The notes under the pieces are model-generated. The model worked only from the letters and a program-made list of their open reading frames with translations, had not been told where the DNA came from and searched no databases. Positions 19,436-28,500 of a stretch of DNA of 64,000 nt are shown one piece after another. The number at the start of each line of letters is the position of its first letter. Position 1 is the stretch's first letter. The DNA is taken from contig CAWBTT010000001.1 of assembly GCA_963791815.1 (NCBI GenBank), forward strand, positions 116,802 to 180,801, given 5' to 3'. The DNA is from an uncultured Candidatus Micrarchaeota archaeon. GTDB lineage: Archaea > Micrarchaeota > Micrarchaeia > Anstonellales > Bilamarchaeaceae. The translations under genes and the position numbers were made by a program.

Positions 19436-20659
19436 CTAATTATTAGACAAATCAAATGCGTCAGTGCATGCTTGCTTGGCGAATGATTCTTCTATTTCAT
19501 CACATAGAGTTACATCGCCAGAGATTTTGGCAGCCTCATTGTAGCACTTGTTTCTCCAGTTGAAGTTAGTGACATTCTTGCAGTATACTCCATCCAGATT
19601 GTCGTTGGAGTAAAGGATGGTTCCCTGATAGCATGTGTCCCTAGTTGGAAGTGAAACTATCACCTGGCAGGCTGATGGGTCTCCATATTTCTTCGCATAT
19701 TCAAATACGCATTTGAACCTGTTCGTTGTTGCCAATTCGTTAATCGCAACGCATCCCGAGATGTCTCCGCTCATAAGGGAGTAATTGGTGTAGCAGGCCC
19801 AGCGGTCATCAAGCTGGAGCATTCCCTTGGTACATATAGTGTAGTTGCCTTCGCTGGCTGCGAACATTGAGAGGCAGTTGAGCTTGTAGTCGCTATTGTC
19901 TGAAATCTGGGTGCAGACCAGATAATCATCTGAATATTGCGCATAAATCTGGTAGCAGTAATCACGCTGTGACTGCAAAGCCAGATTATCACATTTGTCA
20001 GTATCCTTGATTGCTGATTCACATCCGGCTGCGACAACAGGGTTCTGGATTAAAGAGCAGGAACTTGAGTTCTGCTTCTGCATGCTGTAATTGAGAAGGC
20101 ACTCGGTGTCTGAGAGGCATTTGGTCGGGTCTGTATCCTTAAGAGCCCTGCAAAGTTCTTCGTCAGTTGAACCTATGCAGCTGTCAACTGATTTCCTGCA
20201 GGATTGGCGGGCAGTATCAAGAACATCGCATAATTCTATATCATCTTTGGATACGGCAAATGAAGTGACACAGAAGTCTTTCTTGGTTTGGTTTGTAACT
20301 TCAAGGCAGGCTGCCAATGAAACATCTGCAATCTCCTCATAGCAGATTTCCAAAAGGGTATCATTCTGAATAAGTTTGCACTCATCAGCACTTTCATTGA
20401 GAAGCGCGTTCTGATAGTGGCACTCATCAGCGCAAACCTGCGTGAGATTAGTAACGTTAGTCTGGTTCATTGGTTCTGTAACATTAGTCTCATTGGGTTT
20501 CACAGGCGGCACCGCCGGTGGTTCTCCTGAACCGCCTGCTGTTACTACTACATATAATGCTCCTGCAACAAGAATAATCAGCACAACGAGGACTCCAATC
20601 AAGGGAATTACGTTCCCTTCATCCTCTGTCTTGAATTGATACTTTTTTCCGCCTGCCAT
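19436..20659 (-). CDS. Membrane-anchored Cys-rich repeat surface protein
   Basis: N-terminal TM helix, then repeats like C..I.....(r)d.CY...A.. Confidence 0.8.
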   Translation of the reverse strand: MAGGKKYQFKTEDEGNVIPLIGVLVVLIILVAGALYVVVTAGGSGEPPAVPPVKPNETNVTEPMNQTNVTNLTQVCADECHYQNALLNESADECKLIQNDTLLEICYEEIADVSLAACLEVTNQTKKDFCVTSFAVSKDDIELCDVLDTARQSCRKSVDSCIGSTDEELCRALKDTDPTKCLSDTECLLNYSMQKQNSSSCSLIQNPVVAAGCESAIKDTDKCDNLALQSQRDYCYQIYAQYSDDYLVCTQISDNSDYKLNCLSMFAASEGNYTICTKGMLQLDDRWACYTNYSLMSGDISGCVAINELATTNRFKCVFEYAKKYGDPSACQVIVSLPTRDTCYQGTILYSNDNLDGVYCKNVTNFNWRNKCYNEAAKISGDVTLCDEIEESFAKQACTDAFDLSNN

Positions 20660-20749
20660 GCCGAATATCAGCAGTCAAGATTTAAAACAAGTAGTGGAGC
20701 AGAAAGTCAAGTTTTATGATTTTAGAGTTACGGCGAAAAAATTCAGATA

Positions 20750-20900
20750 TAAAAAACTTGGTGAATTAAGCATTCACCGCTCCAATGGAGCAAAGAGTGG
20801 GAGGCGGGATGGAGCCATTCGGTGTACCATCCTCCTCTGATGTTTACCCCGTTTTATCAAAGCTTGAGATTTGCCCGTAACCCGGGCTTTCTCTCAAGGC
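20750..20900 (-). ncRNA. Candidate structured RNA divergent from tuf
   Basis: Four consecutive hairpins; the last is followed by a T6 run on the minus strand. Confidence 0.35.
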
Positions 20901-20992
20901 AGGTTCCGTTACCTTTTAAAAATATCTCGTATTAAAGCAATTCTACCTTTTTCTAAAGGTCTATGTAGTTTAGTTAATGGAGGTTATGTAAT

Positions 20993-22269
20993 ATGGCAGA
21001 AAAGGAACACTTAAACTTAGTGTTTATTGGCCACGTCGACTCAGGTAAGTCGACTAGTGTAGGTAGGATCTTTGTATGAAACTGGAGCGATTTCAGAGCA
21101 GGTTTCAACAAACTCAAAGATGAGGCAGCAAAGCTTGGTAAGGCAACATTCGAATTTGCGTTCGTTATGGACTCTCTTAAAGAAGAAAGAGAGCGTGGTG
21201 TTACAATCGACATTGCTCACAGGGAATTCGAGACAAAGAAGTACCATTGCACCATTATCGATGCACCTGGGCACAGAGACTTTGTTAAGAACATGATTAC
21301 CGGTGCGAGCCAGGCAGATGCCGCTCTCCTTCTGATTTCAGTTAAGGACGGTGTTCAGCCCCAGACAAAGGAGCACGCATTCCTTGCAAAGGTTCTTGGT
21401 ATCAACCAGATTGCGGTCAATTTGAACAAGATGGACGCGGTCGGATACAGCCAGGACCAGTACAAGAAGGTGAAAGGAGGAAGCAGTGAGCTCTTCTCAA
21501 GGGTATCGGTTACAAGACTGACGAGATTGTCTTCCTTCCAGGCTCAGGCTATGCAGGAGACAACATCACAAAGAAGTCAGAGAACACTCCTTGGTACACA
21601 GGACCGACAATGATTGAAATAATTGACAGTTTCAAGGTACCTGCCAAGCCACTTGACAAAGCGCTCAGGCTCCCGATTCAGGACGTCTTCACAATCACAG
21701 GCCATGGAACAGTTCCAGTCGGCAGGGTTGAGACAGGCGTCATGAAGCCAGGAGAGAACGTAGTCGTTATGCCCTCAGGGGCTAAGGGTGAAGTTAAGAA
21801 AATCGAAATGCACCACCAGGAGCTTACTCAAGCAACCCCTGGAGACAACGTCGGATTCAACCTCAAAGGTGTAGACAAGAAAGACATCAAGAGGGGAGAC
21901 GTTATCGGTCCATCATCAGCACCACCAACAGTAGCAGACGAATTCACTGCCCAAGTTGTTGTGCTTAACCACCCGACAGCAATCTCAATCGGATACACAC
22001 CAGTATTCCACATCCACACGGCACAGTTCGCAGGAAGGGTAACTGAGATTGTAGAGAAGAAGGACCCGAAATCAGGACAGTCAGCAGGAAAGCCGGACTT
22101 TGTCAAGACTGGTGATGTTGCAGTTCTGAAAATCAAGCCATTGAAACCCATTGTCATTGAGAAATTCGCTGATTTCCCTCCACTCGGAAGGTTCGCAATC
22201 AGAGACATGGGCCAGACAGTGGCCGCGGGCGTTGTTCTCGACGTTGTACCAAAGGCTATGGAAAAATAG
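20993..22269 (+). CDS. tuf: Elongation factor 1-alpha (apparent frameshifts at ~21072, ~21104, ~21470-21495)
   Basis: [43 protein letters not shown] pieced across frames. Confidence 0.95.
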
Positions 22270-22334
22270 CCTGAATTTTCTTCTTTTTTATCCATTTAGT
22301 TATATTTTTAAACACTTTTACTCTAATCTTACTT

Positions 22335-22754
22335 ATGGGCAAAGGAAAACGATGGGCAGCAGTATCCTTAAGCTTCGCATTATTCGCCGGCGCGGCGACA
22401 TTCACAGGCATAGGCATGCACAAAGAGGCAGGCCAAGAGAGAGCAAGAGAAGCCAGAGTTGCGCAGATTGTAGAAAGATTCAAGGCATGTCCTGAGAGGT
22501 TCAGGGCGGTAAAGAGCTGCCTTTCCCCAGAAGACCGGACAAAGAAGAGGGGAGATGCTGATTCAGACAGGATTAATGGCAGATATGAGAAGGCTGGAGT
22601 TGCTTTTGCCGAACTTATGATGGAGAACGAGGCCCGTGAGATGGCAGGGCGTTGCGCTGAGAAGGGCGATGCTGCCGCAAGGAACAAGATTCTGCAGATT
22701 CTTTCAGAGCGGCAGGATGCTGTTCGTGAAACAAACGTCCAGCTTTCCGAGTAA
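22335..22754 (+). CDS. Hypothetical secreted/anchored protein
   Basis: Basic N-terminus plus hydrophobic helix. Confidence 0.6.
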   Translation: MGKGKRWAAVSLSFALFAGAATFTGIGMHKEAGQERAREARVAQIVERFKACPERFRAVKSCLSPEDRTKKRGDADSDRINGRYEKAGVAFAELMMENEAREMAGRCAEKGDAAARNKILQILSERQDAVRETNVQLSE

Positions 22755-22797
22755 CTTTTTTTCATTTAAGAGAATAATTAGAACTTTTTTCAAAGAA

Positions 22798-23748
22798 TCA
22801 TTTGAGTAGCTTTTCCTTTCTGACCGCTTTTCGAATTAGCCTCATATCATGTGCCTCAGGACCATCCAGGTTCCTCTGAATCCTTTGGACAACGCCCCGG
22901 CGCATGCAGGCAGAAAGAACTGCCTTGGCCAGTGCCTTCTCATAATTCTCATCTAACTTTTTGCCAGTTTTTCCAGAACCAAGCAGCATTATTGAAAACC
23001 CATACTTTCCCATAAGGCCGCCGGGATGTACTGATTCTGGAACGGTATCGAGCCAGTTCATTGCCGAATAACTTAAAGTGAAAAGATCTGATGCGGCCAT
23101 CTCACGTATTTCCTTGTCCTTATCCTTGAGGCTTGAAATAAGAGTGCTTACTGCCCCTGGAACTTCTTTATTGGTGCCATAAAACGCGACCAGCCCTGCT
23201 TTTTCTATTTTCTCCTTCGAAGTCAAAGGACCAGGATTTCTCCCCACATCCAGGTAGGCATCTATCATTTTCGATGCATATTGACTGCGTTTCCAGTATT
23301 GTACGACCATGTACAACAAAGGCTTTACCTCACGCCTTAGTGACTGGTAGGCAAGAGGCGATTTCGATTTGGGTGGATTGTTCTTGACAACATCACGAAT
23401 GAGCCTGAGGGTCCCAAGCGCGTTCTGATCATCCATTGCAGTCCATTTCAGCAATGGATAGTAGAAATCCAATTTTGGGGGCAGCCCCCTCGTTTCATGA
23501 ATACATTTCAGTCTACGGATTAGAGTTTCACCTGTTTCGCGCTTGATGCGCTTCTTCATAGGGAGCTTTGTATAATCAGATACCAGTTTTTGTCCGTCTT
23601 TGTGCTCGCAGACAATAGGGACACGGCCCGCTTGTACATTTTGAGCCAATAGGCCTGATGAAAGAACGCTGAGGCCTGTTGCGAATCCCACAGTTCGAAG
23701 GACTTTACCTGCTACCCGTTTCACTCCATGAATCCTGTTGTATTTCAT
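22798..23748 (-). CDS. Hypothetical secreted protein with a HEAT-like repeat
   Basis: Long basic signal; AVSTLISSLKDKDKEIREMAASDL. Confidence 0.7.
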   Translation of the reverse strand: MKYNRIHGVKRVAGKVLRTVGFATGLSVLSSGLLAQNVQAGRVPIVCEHKDGQKLVSDYTKLPMKKRIKRETGETLIRRLKCIHETRGLPPKLDFYYPLLKWTAMDDQNALGTLRLIRDVVKNNPPKSKSPLAYQSLRREVKPLLYMVVQYWKRSQYASKMIDAYLDVGRNPGPLTSKEKIEKAGLVAFYGTNKEVPGAVSTLISSLKDKDKEIREMAASDLFTLSYSAMNWLDTVPESVHPGGLMGKYGFSIMLLGSGKTGKKLDENYEKALAKAVLSACMRRGVVQRIQRNLDGPEAHDMRLIRKAVRKEKLLK

Positions 23749-23839
23749 GGTAATTTCAATAATAATATGTAAGTAATCCTTTAAATGGTTGCCGGTCAGG
23801 GATTCCCCTTTTATTGGTTTTCAGACTAATTTGCAAACC

Positions 23840-25129
23840 ATGATTGCTATTAATGATATTTTCAAGGCGAAGATGGAAGGCAAGGAAGTTTCCATTCGAG
23901 GGTGGGTCTACAGGCATAGAACTAGCGGGAACATGGTTTTCGCGGTAATCCGTGACCCCACAGGCCTGATTCAGGCAACCGTCAAGAAAGACAAGGTCTC
24001 AGAAAAAGACTGGAAAGAATCAAATGACGCTTATGTAGAAAGTTCCCTTACTGTGAAAGGAGTTGTCAAGGCAGATGAAAGAGCCCCTGGAGGATATGAA
24101 CTCCAGGTGAGCGGGTTCGAACTGATTTCAAGGGGTGAGCCGTTTCCGATTGCAAAGGATAAGAGCGAGGAGTACCTGCTTGATATCAGGCATCTTTGGA
24201 TGAGGTCTCAAAAGATGACTTCCATCATGAAGGCAAGGCACCACATTGTCAATTACCTCCGGGAATACTTTGACAAGGACGGGTTCTACGAGGTTCCGCC
24301 TCCAATAATCACAAAATCAGGATGCGAAGGAGGCTCAACACTCTTTGAGATGAACTATTTCGGAGACAAGGCATACCTGACGCAGAGCTCCCAGATGTAT
24401 GCTGAGGTTTTCATCTATTCCCTGGGGAAAGTCTTTGTGCTTGCCCCCTCATTCAGGGCTGAGAAGTCAAGGACCCGGAGGCACCTTGCCGAATACTGGC
24501 ACCTGGAGCCTGAGATGGCATACTTTGACCATAAGATGAACATGGACCATCAGGAGAAAATGATACAGCATGTCGTTGGGAAGATGATCAAGGAACACCC
24601 AGAGCTTCTAAAGGCATGCGGCAGGGACCCTCTTGAGCTTGAAGGCGTAATGAAGACATTTGAGAGAATTGAATACAAAGAGGCAGTGGAAAGGGTTAAC
24701 GAGCTTGGCGGGAAGATGGAATACGGAGAGGATTTTGGAGCAGATGAAGAGGCAGTATTGACTAAAGATGAAGAGAGGCCTTTGTTTGTTGAAAAGTTCC
24801 CTGCAAAAGTGAAATCATTCTACATGGAAGAGGACCCGAATAACCCGGAGCTTGTTTTGTGCAATGATCTGCTTGCACCTAAGGGGCACGGGGAGATTAT
24901 CGGCGGCTCTGAACGTATCTGGGAGTATGATAAGCTGCTGGATAAGATGAAGGCTGAGAACCTGAACCTGGATGATTACCAGTGGTATCTTGACTTGAGG
25001 AAATACGGAAGCGTTCCGCACTCAGGATATGGTCTTGGGATTGAAAGGCTTGTCAAATGGATGCTGAACCTAGACCACATCAGGGACACGATTCCGTTTC
25101 CACGAACAATCACCCGCTGTTATCCTTAG
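23840..25129 (+). CDS. asnS: Asparaginyl-tRNA synthetase
   Basis: OB-fold IRGWVYRHR; FRAEKSRTRRHLAEYWHLEPE; GEIIGGSER; YGSVPHSGYGLGIER. Confidence 0.93.
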   Translation: MIAINDIFKAKMEGKEVSIRGWVYRHRTSGNMVFAVIRDPTGLIQATVKKDKVSEKDWKESNDAYVESSLTVKGVVKADERAPGGYELQVSGFELISRGEPFPIAKDKSEEYLLDIRHLWMRSQKMTSIMKARHHIVNYLREYFDKDGFYEVPPPIITKSGCEGGSTLFEMNYFGDKAYLTQSSQMYAEVFIYSLGKVFVLAPSFRAEKSRTRRHLAEYWHLEPEMAYFDHKMNMDHQEKMIQHVVGKMIKEHPELLKACGRDPLELEGVMKTFERIEYKEAVERVNELGGKMEYGEDFGADEEAVLTKDEERPLFVEKFPAKVKSFYMEEDPNNPELVLCNDLLAPKGHGEIIGGSERIWEYDKLLDKMKAENLNLDDYQWYLDLRKYGSVPHSGYGLGIERLVKWMLNLDHIRDTIPFPRTITRCYP

Positions 25130-25195
25130 TCGTGGGAAGTCTTGAACTTTAGTTCAAGCTGATTCCCAAGGACGATTACACGTTGCTACCCTTAA
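25097..25195 (+). repeat. Duplicated, synonymously recoded asnS 3' end (FPRTITRCYP*) around a 33-nt hairpin spacer
   Basis: 25097-25129 and 25163-25195 encode the same peptide; spacer contains CTTGAACT-TT-AGTTCAAG. Confidence 0.9.
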
Positions 25196-25227
25196 CCTTT
25201 TAATCATTTTTTAACACATATTTTTCC

Positions 25228-25599
25228 ATGGTAAGCAGGCCAGTCATAAAAAAACCGCCAGTAGTAGTCTCCAGAATCATTGACATCGGCAAGAAGCCCA
25301 TGCGCGAGCCACTTGTAGATGATAGGGAAAGGCTTTCAAAAGAAGTGAGGTTCCTTCTGGGGAATGCCACAGTGACCTTCAGCTACGGCGGAGAGTTTGA
25401 CCTGAAGAAATTCCTGCAGGGGATTTCGCTTGTCAAGAAAAGCAGGCAGGATGAGGGCATGGTAATCATCAGCCAGGGAAAACTCTACAAGTTCTACGTC
25501 GAGGACATCGGCCCTGACAACATGCCTATTTCCGTGAATAAGAGAAACAGGATAAGGCTGGACGATGGAGACCAGGCATATTACCTTTTCCCTGTTTGA
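25228..25599 (+). CDS. Hypothetical protein
   Basis: 123-aa ORF after an AT-rich promoter-like region. Confidence 0.65.
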   Translation: MVSRPVIKKPPVVVSRIIDIGKKPMREPLVDDRERLSKEVRFLLGNATVTFSYGGEFDLKKFLQGISLVKKSRQDEGMVIISQGKLYKFYVEDIGPDNMPISVNKRNRIRLDDGDQAYYLFPV

Positions 25600-25648
25600 A
25601 GAAGCTGATTTTTTAAGTTTGGGTTCGAAAGGCTCTTCAGTGATAGAT

Positions 25649-26065
25649 ATGGAACAACTTCTGACACTGCCTAAAGAGGGCGCATATAAGTATGAGCAAT
25701 TGGGATACCTCGAATCGACAGATGATATGGTCAACAAGACCTACGCATACCTGGCGTTCAAGGAAATCAGCGCAAGCAGCGGAGACTGGAGAGTAAGAGT
25801 TACTGGGACAGTCACAGCAGGCACTATGATGGACCCGAAGATGATGGTCAAGAAGTCTGAGGAGGCTGAGCGCGGAGGAAAAGAATTTTTCACATGGGGA
25901 TTCAGCCTGAAGCCAAGGGAAGGGAGCAATGACAACCGCCTTGTTGAGACAAAGGTTTTCCAGAAAGAAGGCAAGCCTACCCACGTTGAAATCCATCTTA
26001 TAACAAGAAATGCTGATGGAAGTGCAAAAGAAGAAAAAGTAGGCAAGTTTGACTGGCCTGCGTAA
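25649..26065 (+). CDS. Hypothetical protein
   Basis: Start MEQLLTLPK; genome-like codon usage. Confidence 0.7.
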   Translation: MEQLLTLPKEGAYKYEQLGYLESTDDMVNKTYAYLAFKEISASSGDWRVRVTGTVTAGTMMDPKMMVKKSEEAERGGKEFFTWGFSLKPREGSNDNRLVETKVFQKEGKPTHVEIHLITRNADGSAKEEKVGKFDWPA

Positions 26066-26066
26066 A

Positions 26067-26525
26067 CTATTCGTCAGTAGCTTTTAGGTATTCGGCGACT
26101 TTGAGCTTGTAATCGAAAAGCTCATTTTCTCCGAAGAACCTTTTCACTTCTTTTTCTGCAGTCTCCTTTGAGTCGGATGCGTGTATAACGTTCCTGGAGG
26201 TGCTGTTTGACAGGTCTCCGCGGATAGTGCCTGCAGGTGCTTTTGAAGCGTTTGTGGGTCCTACTATAAGCCGAACGACCTCTACTGCTTCTTTGCCTTC
26301 AACAACTACCGCGACCAGCGGGTGTGAAGTAACGAATTTCTCGAGGTCTGGGTAAAATGGCTTATCAACAAGATGGGCATAATGCTCAGATGCCAATTCC
26401 TTTGACATTTGGAGCATCTTCATGCCGGCAATCCTGAATCCCTTATTCTCAAAGCGTGAGACGATTTCGCCAACAAGGCCGCGCTGGATGGCATCAGGTT
26501 TGATTAGAAGGAGTGTCTGCTCCAT
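26067..26525 (-). CDS. ndk: Nucleoside diphosphate kinase
   Basis: IKPDAIQRGL, GTIRGD, NVIHASDS. Confidence 0.96.
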   Translation of the reverse strand: MEQTLLLIKPDAIQRGLVGEIVSRFENKGFRIAGMKMLQMSKELASEHYAHLVDKPFYPDLEKFVTSHPLVAVVVEGKEAVEVVRLIVGPTNASKAPAGTIRGDLSNSTSRNVIHASDSKETAEKEVKRFFGENELFDYKLKVAEYLKATDE

Positions 26526-26738
26526 TCACTTCACCTTCTTGGTTTTCCTCTTGGCTTGGCTCGCCTTGAAGTCCCTGGAAGCCTGAGTCCATTTCTGGCG
26601 CCTTCCTTCCCTTTTCAGGTTAAGGAAGTTCTTCCTTGCTTTGCTGCTCATGAAATAGTAGATGGTGCCGTCCTTCTTGACGTACATCACACCTCTTCCC
26701 TTAGGAATTTCTTCCCCTGTAAAAGAACAAATCGGCAT
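26526..26738 (-). CDS. rpl24e: 50S ribosomal protein L24e
   Basis: CSFTGEEIPKGRGVMYVKKDG..KWT. Confidence 0.94.
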   Translation of the reverse strand: MPICSFTGEEIPKGRGVMYVKKDGTIYYFMSSKARKNFLNLKREGRRQKWTQASRDFKASQAKRKTKKVK

Positions 26739-26745
26739 TCTTTTT

Positions 26746-26952
26746 TCACCTTGCCTTAATTTCCTTGGCCTCTCTGTCAGTCTCAAGAAGGACAATTATC
26801 ATCCCCTTCTTTACTGGGCCTTTGACGTTTCGCAGAATAACTCTGCCCTCGTCTGGACCCTGGAGAACCTTGCAAAGGACCTGGTAAATCTCGCCGTAGA
26901 CGCCGGTCTTGGTTCGGACCTCGACAATCTCAGCTGGATAGCTTTCGCCCAT
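26746..26952 (-). CDS. rps28e: 30S ribosomal protein S28e
   Basis: TGVYGEIYQV..RNVKGPV..LLETDREA. Confidence 0.95.
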   Translation of the reverse strand: MGESYPAEIVEVRTKTGVYGEIYQVLCKVLQGPDEGRVILRNVKGPVKKGMIIVLLETDREAKEIKAR

Positions 26953-26957
26953 TTATA

Positions 26958-27326
26958 TCACTTCTTCTCTGGTGGCTTTGGAAGCTTTTTGAGAATGTCC
27001 TGGAGCTTTTCTGATGCGCCTCCTGGGTCCTCTACAGCAACAGATGATGTGCCTACTTCAATTCCCACTGACTGGCCAAGGTCTTTCTTGGTTGGCAGGA
27101 ATGCATAGGGGACATTGTTGTCCTTGCACAGCATTGGAATGTGAACAACTACCTCTTCAGGAGTGACGTCGCCTGCTATAACTACAAGCTTGGCTGCGCG
27201 CCTCTCAATTGACTTGGTGGTTTCGTTAACACCCTTCCTAATCTTGCCGCCATCTTTTGCTACTGAGAGCATTTCCATAATCTGGGGCAATAATTCTTCT
27301 GGTATTTCTAAATCTACGTATCCCAT
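26958..27326 (-). CDS. rpl7ae: 50S ribosomal protein L7Ae
   Basis: KIRKGVNETTKSIER, VVIAGDVTPEEVVVHIP. Confidence 0.96.
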   Translation of the reverse strand: MGYVDLEIPEELLPQIMEMLSVAKDGGKIRKGVNETTKSIERRAAKLVVIAGDVTPEEVVVHIPMLCKDNNVPYAFLPTKKDLGQSVGIEVGTSSVAVEDPGGASEKLQDILKKLPKPPEKK

Positions 27327-27404
27327 TGTTCTACACCTCATATCATCGGTTGATAATAAGTTGATAGGAAGATACTTACATACAGGATTGTTTAAAAATG
27401 TTAT

Positions 27405-27785
27405 CTAGAGTATGGAGCAGCTTATCGACTTGACTCCCTTCTCTCTTTTTAGTGCTGAGAATAACGCCCGGACATCATCAGCGTCGCAGCATACCATCAA
27501 GATATCAATGCACATCCCCTTGTGGTGCTGGTGCACGGTTGTTTTCACTGCTTCTTCGAACTTGTGGACAACTCCCGATATTCTGTTCTTGTCTGGTTCG
27601 TTGTAAGTGACTGTGATTACGCTGTCAGAGTGTCCCTTTAATGAGTCAATCAGGCGATATTCATTGAGAAGGGAATTGATTGTCGCGCGGAGAAGCTTGG
27701 ATCTGCTCTTGAAGCCAAGCTTTTCCTGAATCCTGTCAACTTCCGAAAGAGTCTTCTTGTCAATTGATACGCTTATGATTTCCAA
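27405..27785 (-). CDS. nikR: NikR-like ribbon-helix-helix metalloregulator
   Basis: IISVSID..SRSKLLR RHH; ACT domain with H..HQH..C metal ligands. Confidence 0.75.
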   Translation of the reverse strand: MEIISVSIDKKTLSEVDRIQEKLGFKSRSKLLRATINSLLNEYRLIDSLKGHSDSVITVTYNEPDKNRISGVVHKFEEAVKTTVHQHHKGMCIDILMVCCDADDVRALFSALKREKGVKSISCSIL

Positions 27786-27786
27786 G

Positions 27787-27939
27787 TTAATCCACCAGTT
27801 TCTCTTTTACTGCGTTTACGAGGAAGGCTCCGCTTGCCAATATGCATAATGGGCATGTGCTTACTAGAGACCCTGCGCCCCAGAGTGCGCTGATTGCAAG
27901 GCTGTCATTGCCCTTGTGGATAATGTTCTGCCTCCTCAT
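27787..27939 (-). CDS. 50-aa membrane peptide with CPLC motif (not in ORF track)
   Basis: MRRQNIIHKGNDSLAISALWGAGSLVSTCPLCILASGAFLVNAVKEKLVD; stop abuts the nikR start. Confidence 0.65.
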   Translation of the reverse strand: MRRQNIIHKGNDSLAISALWGAGSLVSTCPLCILASGAFLVNAVKEKLVD

Positions 27940-27942
27940 TAG

Positions 27943-27971
27943 TTAATAATAGGAAGTTTGATATTTATTAA
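27943..27971. promoter_or_regulatory. Candidate NikR-type operator
   Basis: TTAATAA-N15-TTATTAA directly upstream of the peptide-nikR pair. Confidence 0.45.
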
Positions 27972-27995
27972 ATTAATGGAAAAAATAAGGAAAAA

Positions 27996-28151
27996 TTAAC
28001 AAAATTCGCAGACACCTGTGGCTGCGGCTTTCTTCTTGTACTCCTGATAATGCTCCAAAGAGCAGAAGTAGGCCTTCTCGCCAGCGAGATTCTCTTTTAC
28101 AATCCAGTTGTCTGATTTATCGCTTCCGCAGATTTTGCAGGTTTTTGTCAT
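27996..28151 (-). CDS. 51-aa TRASH/YHS-like metal-binding protein (not in ORF track)
   Basis: MTKTCKICG..AYFCSLEH..GVCEFC. Confidence 0.75.
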   Translation of the reverse strand: MTKTCKICGSDKSDNWIVKENLAGEKAYFCSLEHYQEYKKKAAATGVCEFC

Positions 28152-28156
28152 TCCAA

Positions 28157-28498
28157 TCAGCTCCCATTTGATTCTGGCGACTTTACGTCGAAACCCTCAT
28201 CTTCAAGCGGCTTGTCTGTGTCCACTTTGAAAAGGTCTGCAAGCTCTGAGAGGTCTTTGCCTGTGGATGTGTTTGTCTCGACTTTGTCTGGGACATCATC
28301 CTTTGTCTCATTATCTTCATCAACCTGGACCTCTGCTTCGGCATCTGAATCATCTTCTGTATCATTGGCAGTACCATTGATTACAGGGCCAATCTCTTCA
28401 GTGACAATCTCTTTTGGAGGGTTTGCCTTCTTGCCCGCGCATCCAAATGCCAGAAGTGATATACCCAAGAGAAGCAGCACTAAGATTTTCGTATCCAT
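28157..28498 (-). CDS. Acidic lipoprotein-like protein
   Basis: LLAFGC lipobox-like motif; D/E-rich. Confidence 0.75.
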   Translation of the reverse strand: MDTKILVLLLLGISLLAFGCAGKKANPPKEIVTEEIGPVINGTANDTEDDSDAEAEVQVDEDNETKDDVPDKVETNTSTGKDLSELADLFKVDTDKPLEDEGFDVKSPESNGS

Positions 28499-28500
28499 TG

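Noticed and set aside
20795-20850. Fluoride riboswitch, 5S rRNA or SRP RNA
   Set aside because: GATGG..CTGATG is present but the pseudoknot and consensus are missing; no 5S or SRP signature motifs
20993-22269. tuf as a pseudogene or programmed frameshift
   Set aside because: Essential gene with intact motifs; the breaks fall in short homopolymers and two compensate each other, typical of long-read indel errors
25097-25162. BHB-type mRNA intron in asnS
   Set aside because: No convincing 4-bp central helix at any plausible junction, and the unspliced gene is already complete
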